Shown here piece after piece: positions 7,885 through 15,028 of a stretch of DNA of 20,000 nucleotides (its first letter is position 1; every line of letters starts with the position of its first letter). Source of the DNA: Candidatus Thorarchaeota archaeon. GTDB taxonomy: Archaea > Asgardarchaeota > Thorarchaeia > Thorarchaeales > Thorarchaeaceae. The DNA lies in NCBI GenBank assembly GCA_048884965.1, contig JBHLQH010000007.1, forward strand, positions 26,235-46,234, in the 5' to 3' direction. Under the pieces are notes generated by a model, which was not told where the DNA came from, did no database searches, and worked only from the letters and a program-made list of their open reading frames with translations. The position numbers and the translations under genes were made by a program.

Positions 7885-8579
7885 CTGGGTTCCTCCGCGA
7901 TTCTAACCACAACGAGTCGATGGTCTTTCTCTAATGGTTCGAGATTCACATTATCAATAATCTCCATCCCATTAGAAGCGAGTTCTGCGATCTCCCGACT
8001 GTATACGTCATTAATATCTGAGGTCGAGTCGATGCTACGTGCTTTGATTGCTAGAATGCCATATGCCCCTAATGAGCAAAACGAGGCCAAGTTATCCAAG
8101 AATATCTTTGCCTGATTGGATTGGGCGACATCTTGGTAGACGACATCTATGGGTCCACCTATCAGTGCTGCATATCTTGATGGATGTCTTGCATCATTGA
8201 TTATGGGAATGACATTGCTACGAGACTCTGCAAGCCAAATCAGTTTTCTTGCAACCTGTGGAGAGAATTCTACCGCATAGACAAGTCCTTTGTTCCCAAC
8301 GATATCGGAAACATGACTGACTGTTGTGCCTGATGATGCCCCGAGGTAAAGAACACGCGAACCGGGTTGAATAGGCATTTCTCGCAGCCCGTTCTTTATT
8401 CCAGCAGCCAGTTTTGATCGACGTGTGGACCAGAGTCGATAATCATTCCCCTCCACTCGAATGACCTTTTCGCCATAGACGCTTTGACGAGGTACCAATG
8501 AGCGCGTAGAGATTGTTGCTCTATCATCATCATGTATCATGTAAATGCCTGGAAATTTATGGTTCTTTGCAGAGGTCAT
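7881..8579 (-). CDS. flpA: Fibrillarin-like rRNA/tRNA 2'-O-methyltransferase
   Basis: YRLWSTRRSKLAAGI...VLYLGASSGTTVSHVSDIV...VYAVEFSPQ...DVAQ. Length is 232 aa. The start overlaps the nop5 stop by 4 nt. Confidence 0.92.
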   Translation of the reverse strand: MTSAKNHKFPGIYMIHDDDRATISTRSLVPRQSVYGEKVIRVEGNDYRLWSTRRSKLAAGIKNGLREMPIQPGSRVLYLGASSGTTVSHVSDIVGNKGLVYAVEFSPQVARKLIWLAESRSNVIPIINDARHPSRYAALIGGPIDVVYQDVAQSNQAKIFLDNLASFCSLGAYGILAIKARSIDSTSDINDVYSREIAELASNGMEIIDNVNLEPLEKDHRLVVVRIAEEPR

Positions 8580-9826
8580 CTTCTGCCGCCTCCTCTCTTT
8601 TTCTTACTTGGAGGTCCACGACTTGGTCTATGTCGTGGACGTTCAATCTTTTGAACGGGTTTGGGTGGTTTTGGTGGTGGAGCTTCTGGATTCTGACGCT
8701 GGATTTCAGCTAATCGAGATTCGAATTGCTCCCTTAGACCTGTTGGGGAGGGGGAGTCTGCGTATGCATCGATTCTTGCTGCGATAGACAGCTTTCCAGA
8801 GAGAGCTCGTGCGATTTTTCCGCGCTGCCAGTAAGGCGCAGAGTGAATATCCGATACTTGATAGATAACACCGTGCTTTGGAGGATCAGCTCCAGTCTTG
8901 AGACTCCTAAAAAGGGCCTTCTCAGCACCAAGAATCTGCAAAGTACTTGATGGCTTTCTGGCTAATTCCTTGAGAGAACCTGCTAGGCTTATGAGTCTAG
9001 CACCTACTAAAGGTCCTACAAGTGATGTGATATTCGGAGCTATTTTTCCCATAACCTTGGTTACATACTCTTCTAAATCCCTTCTTTGCTTGTACAGGTT
9101 CAGGACACTGGTAGATAGTGATTGAATGATATCCAGATCGGTTGGCGCCATACTTGCCCCAAGTGTATCTGCTGAGTTCAGTATCTTCTCTTGTATGGAT
9201 TCAGGTGCAATTGTCCTTGATAGATTCTCCTTGGTAAGATTCTTCCTATCACCACAAATGCTTACAACACTTGCAAATTGTTCGTTGTCCTCAATTATAT
9301 CATTCAGCATTGGAAAATGAAGAGAATACCATTCTCTTAGTCGCATTGCGATTACGTTGGTTGATTTGTCAACTTCCTCAACTCCATCTATTGCATGCTT
9401 CAATGACTGATCCTTTTCCTCACTAGCTTCGCTGACTGTGAAGCGTGCTAATGCCAATCCGACTTGCCTGCGAAAGTCATGGAGCTCTTCATTTGATTTG
9501 ACAATACTTCTATCAATTAGTAGGCTATCATGAATGTTCAGAAACCATTTGATCACTGGTTCATTATTTCGAAATTCAACTAGGACATTACTTGAAATGC
9601 CAGAGATAGCATCTCTTAGTTCCGGGTGTGCAGTCACGATTGTTGTGTCTTCTGTAAGATTCCCGAGTAATTCCCTTAGTTGATCAGTGGCAGTCCCTAT
9701 ATTCAGGTGCCTAGTATTCTGAACAGACTCTTCCAAATTAGGATAGGTAATCACTTCGTGGAGTATTTTGCTCTCTGAATTTAGAAGAAATACTCCAAAG
9801 GTAGTGAATGTTCCAAAGACTTGCAT
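8576..9826 (-). CDS. nop5: Nop5 (Nop56/58 homologue), box C/D sRNP core protein, with Pro/Lys/Arg-Gly-rich C-terminal tail
   Basis: Nop-domain hallmark LQILGAEKALFRSLKTGADPPKHGVIYQ...SAPYWQRGKIARALSGKLSIAARIDAY. The tail is PEAPPPKPPKPVQKIERPRHRPSRGPPSKKKRGGGRR. Confidence 0.9.
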   Translation of the reverse strand: MQVFGTFTTFGVFLLNSESKILHEVITYPNLEESVQNTRHLNIGTATDQLRELLGNLTEDTTIVTAHPELRDAISGISSNVLVEFRNNEPVIKWFLNIHDSLLIDRSIVKSNEELHDFRRQVGLALARFTVSEASEEKDQSLKHAIDGVEEVDKSTNVIAMRLREWYSLHFPMLNDIIEDNEQFASVVSICGDRKNLTKENLSRTIAPESIQEKILNSADTLGASMAPTDLDIIQSLSTSVLNLYKQRRDLEEYVTKVMGKIAPNITSLVGPLVGARLISLAGSLKELARKPSSTLQILGAEKALFRSLKTGADPPKHGVIYQVSDIHSAPYWQRGKIARALSGKLSIAARIDAYADSPSPTGLREQFESRLAEIQRQNPEAPPPKPPKPVQKIERPRHRPSRGPPSKKKRGGGRR

Positions 9827-9957
9827 TGCTGACCAACTCTAGCAATTGGACTTCGCAGCAATCGGATAAGTTTGTCTATATTGCAATTAAAATCGAATTT
9901 GCTCATTGTCGTCGAGCTTATTACGAGTATAGTTCAGAGAACAAGTTAGGTGATTCC

Positions 9958-10830
9958 TTGGAAATAGATGGATACTGGCTCGCATCTGGAATCCTAGGAG
10001 TATCAGGCTCCGTGATGAAGAGGGTATACAATGCTGGCGCGGACGCAATTGTGACCAAGTCGATTGGACCTGTTCCAAGGAAAGGACACTCGGGACCTAT
10101 AATGGCTACTTCACATGGTTCTCTAATTAACGCAGTGGGCCTTACAAATCCAGGAATAGATGGGTTTGCATCTGAAATGGCGGTCCTAAAGGAAGCAGGA
10201 GTACCTGTGGTGCTCAGTATCTTTGGATCAACTCTTGAGGAGATTGTCAGTGTAGCTCGGAAGGGCAGTGAATATGCACCCGAGGCGATCGAGCTCAATC
10301 TCTCCTGTCCACATGCAGAGATTGCACAAATATCACACAATCCCGAATTGACCTACAAGTATGTTCGTGCAGTGAAAGAGGTAGTGGATTGTAGTGTCTT
10401 TGCAAAGATTACTCCTAATGCATCAGACATCGTGTCGGTAGGAAAAGCTGCTGAAGAAGCAGGGGCTGATGCGATAGTAGCAATAAATACAGTAAGAGCG
10501 ATGAAGATTGACATTTATCAGCAACGACCTGTGTTGGGCAATCTAGTTGGTGGGTTATCAGGACCAGCGATTTTCCCAATAGCTGTACGATGTATCTATG
10601 ATCTCTATAATGCCCTTGATGTCCCAATTATAGGGGTTGGAGGTGTAAGCACATGGCAAGATGCCATAGAGATGCATTTGGCAGGTGCCACTGCCATTCA
10701 GATTGGTACTGCTCTGCTAGGGGGTATGGATATCTTCGAAAGAATCAAAGTAGGTGTTAGCGAATATCTCCAATCCATGAACTATCAGGATGTTTCTCAA
10801 ATCATTGGATTAGCAGGGAGGGCACAATGA
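9958..10830 (+). CDS. pyrD: Dihydroorotate dehydrogenase, class 1B catalytic subunit (start uncertain: TTG 9958 preferred over ATG 9808)
   Basis: ASGILG...IVTKSIG...NAVGLTNPG...AIELNLSCPH...GGLSGPAIFPIAVRCIY...PIIGVGGV...AGATAIQIGTA is collinear with PyrDB. AGGTGA precedes TTG 9958. ATG 9808 would overlap the divergent nop5 start by 19 nt and add about 50 residues not seen in PyrD. Confidence 0.85.
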   Translation: MEIDGYWLASGILGVSGSVMKRVYNAGADAIVTKSIGPVPRKGHSGPIMATSHGSLINAVGLTNPGIDGFASEMAVLKEAGVPVVLSIFGSTLEEIVSVARKGSEYAPEAIELNLSCPHAEIAQISHNPELTYKYVRAVKEVVDCSVFAKITPNASDIVSVGKAAEEAGADAIVAINTVRAMKIDIYQQRPVLGNLVGGLSGPAIFPIAVRCIYDLYNALDVPIIGVGGVSTWQDAIEMHLAGATAIQIGTALLGGMDIFERIKVGVSEYLQSMNYQDVSQIIGLAGRAQ

Positions 10831-11651
10831 TGGAAATAGATAGGCTTGCAGGTTCAGCTCAGTCGGTTCGAATCGCTGCTATCAGAAGAGAAACTGATAC
10901 AGCATTCACCTTGGAATTCGATTTCTCGTTTCGAGAGCGTGATATTCATGCTGGAGAGTTCCTGATGATATGGATTCCAACAGTGGATGAGATTCCCATG
11001 AGTGTTTCGTCTTGGAATCCACCAATTGCAGGAATTACTGTGAAAGCAATTGGAGATGCGACATCAAAACTGACAAGGCTTGAAAAGGATGACTGGATTG
11101 GAATCAGAGGACCTTTTGGCAATCATTTCAAGCAGGATGCGAGAAACGCACTGGTGGTTGGTGGAGGGATAGGAATAGCACCTCTGCGACCCCTTGTCCT
11201 TGGACTTCTTGATGATAATAGAGATGTGCATCTAGTCGTAGGTGCTAGGACCGCTGCAGAGCTGATACTCTACGATTTTGAAGATCTTAGAGATGAAAAA
11301 TTCCATCTTCTCATTTCAACTGACGACGGAACTGCAGGTCGAAAGGGGTTTGCTACTGATATTGCTCGGGAGCTGATTGAGCAGTATTCTTTTGACAAAG
11401 TCTATACTTGTGGACCAGAGGTAATGATGGCAAAACTTCACCAAATTGCCAAAAAGCAGAATATCCGATTCGAAGCCTCTCTCGAGCGATATATGAAATG
11501 TGGATGTGGTATCTGCGGAACTTGTGGAATGGATCCATGTGGTGAGTTGGTATGTATTGATGGACCAATCTTCTCAGGAGAGCAACTTGATAAAATGAGT
11601 GATTTTGGCCATTCTTATCGTGACTCGACGGGTCAAAAGATAGGATTCTGA
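10827..11651 (+). CDS. pyrK: Dihydroorotate dehydrogenase electron-transfer subunit (FAD / 2Fe-2S)
   Basis: Contains the VVGGGIGIAPL nucleotide-binding motif and the C-terminal cluster CGCGICGTCGMDPCGELVCIDGP. An ATGA overlap joins it to the pyrD stop. Confidence 0.85.
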   Translation: MMEIDRLAGSAQSVRIAAIRRETDTAFTLEFDFSFRERDIHAGEFLMIWIPTVDEIPMSVSSWNPPIAGITVKAIGDATSKLTRLEKDDWIGIRGPFGNHFKQDARNALVVGGGIGIAPLRPLVLGLLDDNRDVHLVVGARTAAELILYDFEDLRDEKFHLLISTDDGTAGRKGFATDIARELIEQYSFDKVYTCGPEVMMAKLHQIAKKQNIRFEASLERYMKCGCGICGTCGMDPCGELVCIDGPIFSGEQLDKMSDFGHSYRDSTGQKIGF

Positions 11652-11660
11652 AAGAATGGA

Positions 11661-11822
11661 TTATTTGCGAACCCCAATCTGCTGTCCCTTGACGAATCTT
11701 CGGACATAGTTCCTCTTGTTACGAATTCGAGGGATTGGAGTATGTCTTTCACGGCCTTTGACTTTTGGAGTAGATTCTCTAACTTTTCCAGCTTTTGTGA
11801 GTGAACCGTGTGAACCAGGCAT
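11661..11822 (-). CDS. rps30e: Ribosomal protein eS30 (S30e)
   Basis: MPGSHGSLTKAGKVRESTPKVKGRE...RRF matches the eS30 core HGSLxKAGKVRxQTPKV. GAGG lies 7 nt upstream of ATG 11822. The longer track ORF (to 11879) adds 19 non-homologous residues and would cover a TATA-like TTATAT. Confidence 0.8.
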   Translation of the reverse strand: MPGSHGSLTKAGKVRESTPKVKGRERHTPIPRIRNKRNYVRRFVKGQQIGVRK

Positions 11823-11890
11823 CTTGATTTCCTCATATCGATTTTTCAGCTTGTCAATATAAGAGTATCCAATTGACATTGATTTCTTGA

Positions 11891-13906
11891 TTACTTTCGT
11901 GTCCCACGATATTCTTCTACTATCTCGACTAGATGATCCTCGGTTCTTTTTCGAGCCTTTTCCTTGGTTTCACGAATAAAGGATTCGAGTTGCTTCTCAA
12001 ACTTCTTTCTACTAATGAAAGCAAACTCATCGATTCGTTGTAGCTCAACCGATTCTGCTTCGATCACAGGGATTGTTGCATCAGTCAGTGTATCAACTGA
12101 AAGATGAGATAGAGGTGTATCGAAAATAACCGCTCGAATCTCTCTCTCAACTAGAAGATTGGCCGTTTGTCGTCCTGCACCTGAGCCATCTTCAAAGAGA
12201 ATGACATCACCAGCCTTCAGACCTACCTTTCTGGAATATTCTTCGATGCTTTCACGAGTAAAGTGAGGTATGGTCTTAATTGCAAGCATATCACCTCGCA
12301 TCTCAAGACGCTTTACCCCGACTAACCGATTGAGTCGTTGCTGGAGCTTGTCAAGACTAGCCTGTAACCTTTCGTTATCGTCCCTCAGAATCTTGATTTC
12401 ACTCTGCTTCTTGGTAACTTCACGGTCTCTTTTTACGCGCCAATAGTTGTCACGATTCATTATTTTGATGCTGTATTCCAGTTCGTTCTCTCGAAAACGC
12501 AAATACTCAATATGACGACGAAGATCCTCCATTTGCTCCATGAGGGCCTCATGGTCCTGTTGAAGATCATCATATTTCGTCCTCAAAGCAGCATACTTTT
12601 CAGGAGATAGGACTTCTTCTGGCTCTGGTTTTTCTGGGATTTCCTCGATGACTTCCGATTCTTCACGAGTTAGGTTGGATATTGCCTCAACCATTGGCAT
12701 TCCTTTTACTACTAATGCTTTCAAGTGGTTCCGATCCACTGAGAGCTGCTCTTCTCGTATTTTCCTGTCAATTTGCTGTAGTTTAGGTAGAACATACCTA
12801 TATGCATACACAGCAGCAGTCAATGCGTCTCTTTCGTGTGCATTTCGAATCTTCATATCATCTGAATACTCGCGTGCAAGTTCCTGCTTCTCAGCTACAG
12901 GAATGGGCTTATCAGGAGTGTATATTTCCGCGTTAATAGCTCGAGCTACCTTTTCCACCAGATTTGGAGCTTGAGGAACATCTGATGCTACAATTACTGG
13001 TATCCCTTCTTCATAGACCAGTCGGATGATATCTGCGCGTACTAATCCTTTCTTGCTTACCAGCTTGTGGATTTTTCCATTAAGTGTTAGCAAGCAAATT
13101 GCTGCTGTCGTTCCAGGATCAATGCCTAATATGAAGTACTTTGGTGATACTTGGGTCGGAACTGGCTTAGGTTCAAGTGGAAGGAATTCTGTTCGCTTTC
13201 GAACAGGGGATATGATGACATTAAAATCGCCACCACGCTTCGATTCAATAAGACCCTTGATTGCTGGAAGAGGTGCATATGCAATAAGACGAGCGCTGGC
13301 ATAACCGAAGTCTGAATGACGAATATCCTCATCGTATTTGATTTCTGCTGATTTCAGTTCTCCTTCAATATGTCTTGTCATTTGCTGAATTAAGGAATGT
13401 AACTTTCGGCGATATCGATTCGCACTTTGTCCACCACGCCCCATTTTTCTTCCACGTGTTACTTTGATTTCAGTTTGTTCACTGAAACATTCAATCGTGT
13501 ATCCTACACCAATCGCAGCAAGCTGAGCTGCGATACGAGCAGAATCAAGTGGGGATGGCTTCCCACGCAGATGGATCTTGTGTCGACGAGCAAGCGTCTT
13601 CAACGGTGTTTGTTGAGGGGGCACTCCAGTAACTTGGACGATTCTTGTTGAATTTGGTATTCGTTCTACCAATCTGAAAAGGGAGTTACTGTCTGGTACA
13701 ATTTCGAAGATATTATCAGTGCATAGATATTTTGGCTCAATCTCCTTAGCAATCTTCAATAAAGCCCCGCGTGAGAGTTCTGGGTACTCATTGAGTACGA
13801 TACCTTCTCTCATGATGATTGCAGCAAATTTCGGAGCTGACTTGGACCTAGGGCTGTGTGAAGGGAGGATGTCAAATCCCATGATGAAATCGTTTTCATC
13901 TGCCAT
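11891..13906 (-). CDS. COG2433/DUF460 family protein: predicted RNase-H-fold (RuvC/YqgF-like) nuclease with long coiled coil; function uncharacterised
   Basis: 671 aa.
- YFILGIDPGTTAAICLL...VIVASDV...NAHERDALTAA resembles a RuvC/YqgF acidic-residue pattern.
- Residues about 440-545 are heptad-rich (LRTKYDDLQQDHEALMEQMEDLRRHIEYLR...LQASLDKLQQRLNRL).
- Size and architecture fit the archaeal DUF460 family. Confidence 0.65.
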   Translation of the reverse strand: MADENDFIMGFDILPSHSPRSKSAPKFAAIIMREGIVLNEYPELSRGALLKIAKEIEPKYLCTDNIFEIVPDSNSLFRLVERIPNSTRIVQVTGVPPQQTPLKTLARRHKIHLRGKPSPLDSARIAAQLAAIGVGYTIECFSEQTEIKVTRGRKMGRGGQSANRYRRKLHSLIQQMTRHIEGELKSAEIKYDEDIRHSDFGYASARLIAYAPLPAIKGLIESKRGGDFNVIISPVRKRTEFLPLEPKPVPTQVSPKYFILGIDPGTTAAICLLTLNGKIHKLVSKKGLVRADIIRLVYEEGIPVIVASDVPQAPNLVEKVARAINAEIYTPDKPIPVAEKQELAREYSDDMKIRNAHERDALTAAVYAYRYVLPKLQQIDRKIREEQLSVDRNHLKALVVKGMPMVEAISNLTREESEVIEEIPEKPEPEEVLSPEKYAALRTKYDDLQQDHEALMEQMEDLRRHIEYLRFRENELEYSIKIMNRDNYWRVKRDREVTKKQSEIKILRDDNERLQASLDKLQQRLNRLVGVKRLEMRGDMLAIKTIPHFTRESIEEYSRKVGLKAGDVILFEDGSGAGRQTANLLVEREIRAVIFDTPLSHLSVDTLTDATIPVIEAESVELQRIDEFAFISRKKFEKQLESFIRETKEKARKRTEDHLVEIVEEYRGTRK

Positions 13907-13918
13907 ATACTTGCACTC

Positions 13919-13934
13919 ATTCAGAGATTCAGAG
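13919..13934. repeat. Perfect tandem 8-mer (attcagag x2) between the TATA-like element and the DUF460 start codon
   Basis: Read directly. On the gene strand it is CTCTGAAT-CTCTGAAT, ending 12 nt upstream of ATG 13906. Confidence 0.5.
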
Positions 13935-14050
13935 TTTCTCCTATAAGGATTAACATCAAGTAACTATTGTATTATCGAAATTTAACCCTCTCTATAGCTT
14001 TCCTGTATTTTATTGGATTGTAAATTGATTTGTTTTCACTTACAGTAATC

Positions 14051-14058
14051 TTATTAAA
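14051..14058 (+). promoter_or_regulatory. Candidate TATA box for the ArsR-type gene (would imply a leaderless or near-leaderless mRNA)
   Basis: TTATTAAA lies 27-34 nt upstream of ATG 14085, inside a 175-bp intergenic region that reads as AT-rich by eye. Confidence 0.35.
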
Positions 14059-14084
14059 CCCCTGCTTGAACGAAACGCCACTTG

Positions 14085-14378
14085 ATGCGAGGTGTGACAT
14101 TGTCAGAAACACTAGAAATCAACAACGACGAAGAGATTCTACGAATCGGCCGTGCTCTCTCTTCAGGCACTCGCCTTAAAATCCTAAAACTGCTCCTTGA
14201 TGGAGAAAAAGATGTAACTAGGGTGGCAACGCACCTCGGTGGGACTGAGGCGAATGCTAGCGCTCAGATAAAGATACTATACGAGGCAGGTCTTCTGGAT
14301 TATCGATATGAACCTGGACAACATGGTTTGAAGAAAATATCGAAAACCAAGATTAAGCGCATAGTAATAGAATTCTGA
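14085..14378 (+). CDS. ArsR/SmtB-type winged-helix transcriptional regulator (small, 97 aa)
   Basis: RIGRALSSGTRLKILKLLLDGEKDVTRVATHLGGTEANASAQIKILYEAGLLDY is the typical ArsR HTH pattern. The track start at 14082 is TTG, immediately followed by ATG. Confidence 0.7.
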   Translation: MRGVTLSETLEINNDEEILRIGRALSSGTRLKILKLLLDGEKDVTRVATHLGGTEANASAQIKILYEAGLLDYRYEPGQHGLKKISKTKIKRIVIEF

Positions 14379-14400
14379 TATATTTTGATATGCCCATCTG

Positions 14401-14421
14401 GTGATAGATTATATCTATCAC
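14401..14421. repeat. Inverted repeat / hairpin (9-bp stem, 3-nt loop) between convergent ArsR and orf188, overlapping the orf188 stop codon
   Basis: gtgatagat-tat-atctatcac, read directly. It is preceded by tattttgata. Confidence 0.5.
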
Positions 14422-14984
14422 TTGCTAAGATGGGCTTTCCATCTCTTTATTCTTCGTAATATGTTGTCACGTTCTTCAGTGCGGATGCTGCGTCTTCCCC
14501 TTGCACGGAGGAACTTCAATACTACATCCATATCCCTAGCGACTTTGTCATTTTGGGACTCCTTGGATATTAGCTCGTCTTTTGCGGCTTGAAGGTATTC
14601 AGCTATAACTTCCGCTGGAGAACTTCCGGTGCTCAATTCATGACTGATGGGATCTAGCAATCTCGAAACTCGGACATCTGGTTTTGTATCTGGTTCTGCT
14701 GTTTCTTTCTTGGGCGGGATGGATGAAGATGATTTGATTTGCGCTTCTTCGGATTCCATCGATATGTGTTTTGTAATGGGTTTGTCCTCAATCGAAGGCT
14801 TCTCCATTGATGAGGAAGAGCCGGAGGTTGAAGAAAGGACGAGATTCGAGGGCTTCTGACCTAGGCGCATTCGTAACTCTCGAAATTGGTCGAACAACTC
14901 AACTAACATTGCTTGCATATCATCTATGAGTTTTTGGATATCCTCCATGTCATTTTCTTCAGACATTGGTTTAGTTAGCTCCAA
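14418..14984 (-). CDS. Hypothetical protein (188 aa from TTG 14984, or 182 aa from ATG 14966); no recognisable domain
   Basis: Clean ORF co-directional with herA and 44 nt downstream of it.
- The N-terminus is an amphipathic helix (DIQKLIDDMQAMLVELFDQFRELRMRL).
- The middle is a Ser/Glu/Lys/Pro-rich low-complexity linker.
- The C-terminus is basic and helical (VLKFLRARGRRSIRTEERDNILRRIKRWKAHL). Confidence 0.5.
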   Translation of the reverse strand: MELTKPMSEENDMEDIQKLIDDMQAMLVELFDQFRELRMRLGQKPSNLVLSSTSGSSSSMEKPSIEDKPITKHISMESEEAQIKSSSSIPPKKETAEPDTKPDVRVSRLLDPISHELSTGSSPAEVIAEYLQAAKDELISKESQNDKVARDMDVVLKFLRARGRRSIRTEERDNILRRIKRWKAHLSK

Positions 14985-15028
14985 TTATGATTGACCCAAC
15001 TTTTGACTTATCAGATTATGGTTGATAG

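Noticed and set aside
8580-8720. Apparent DNA low-complexity repeat (ggtggttttggtggtgg...)
   Set aside because: It is the complement of the in-frame codons for the Pro/Lys-rich Nop5 tail (PPPKPPKP). It is not a non-coding repeat.
10300-10345. PyrD active-site loop reads SCPHAEIAQ instead of the bacterial SCPNVKxGG
   Set aside because: My recollection is that SCPH variants occur in archaeal class-1B enzymes. Without an alignment I cannot say the shorter loop is abnormal. The rest of the protein and the adjacent pyrK look intact.
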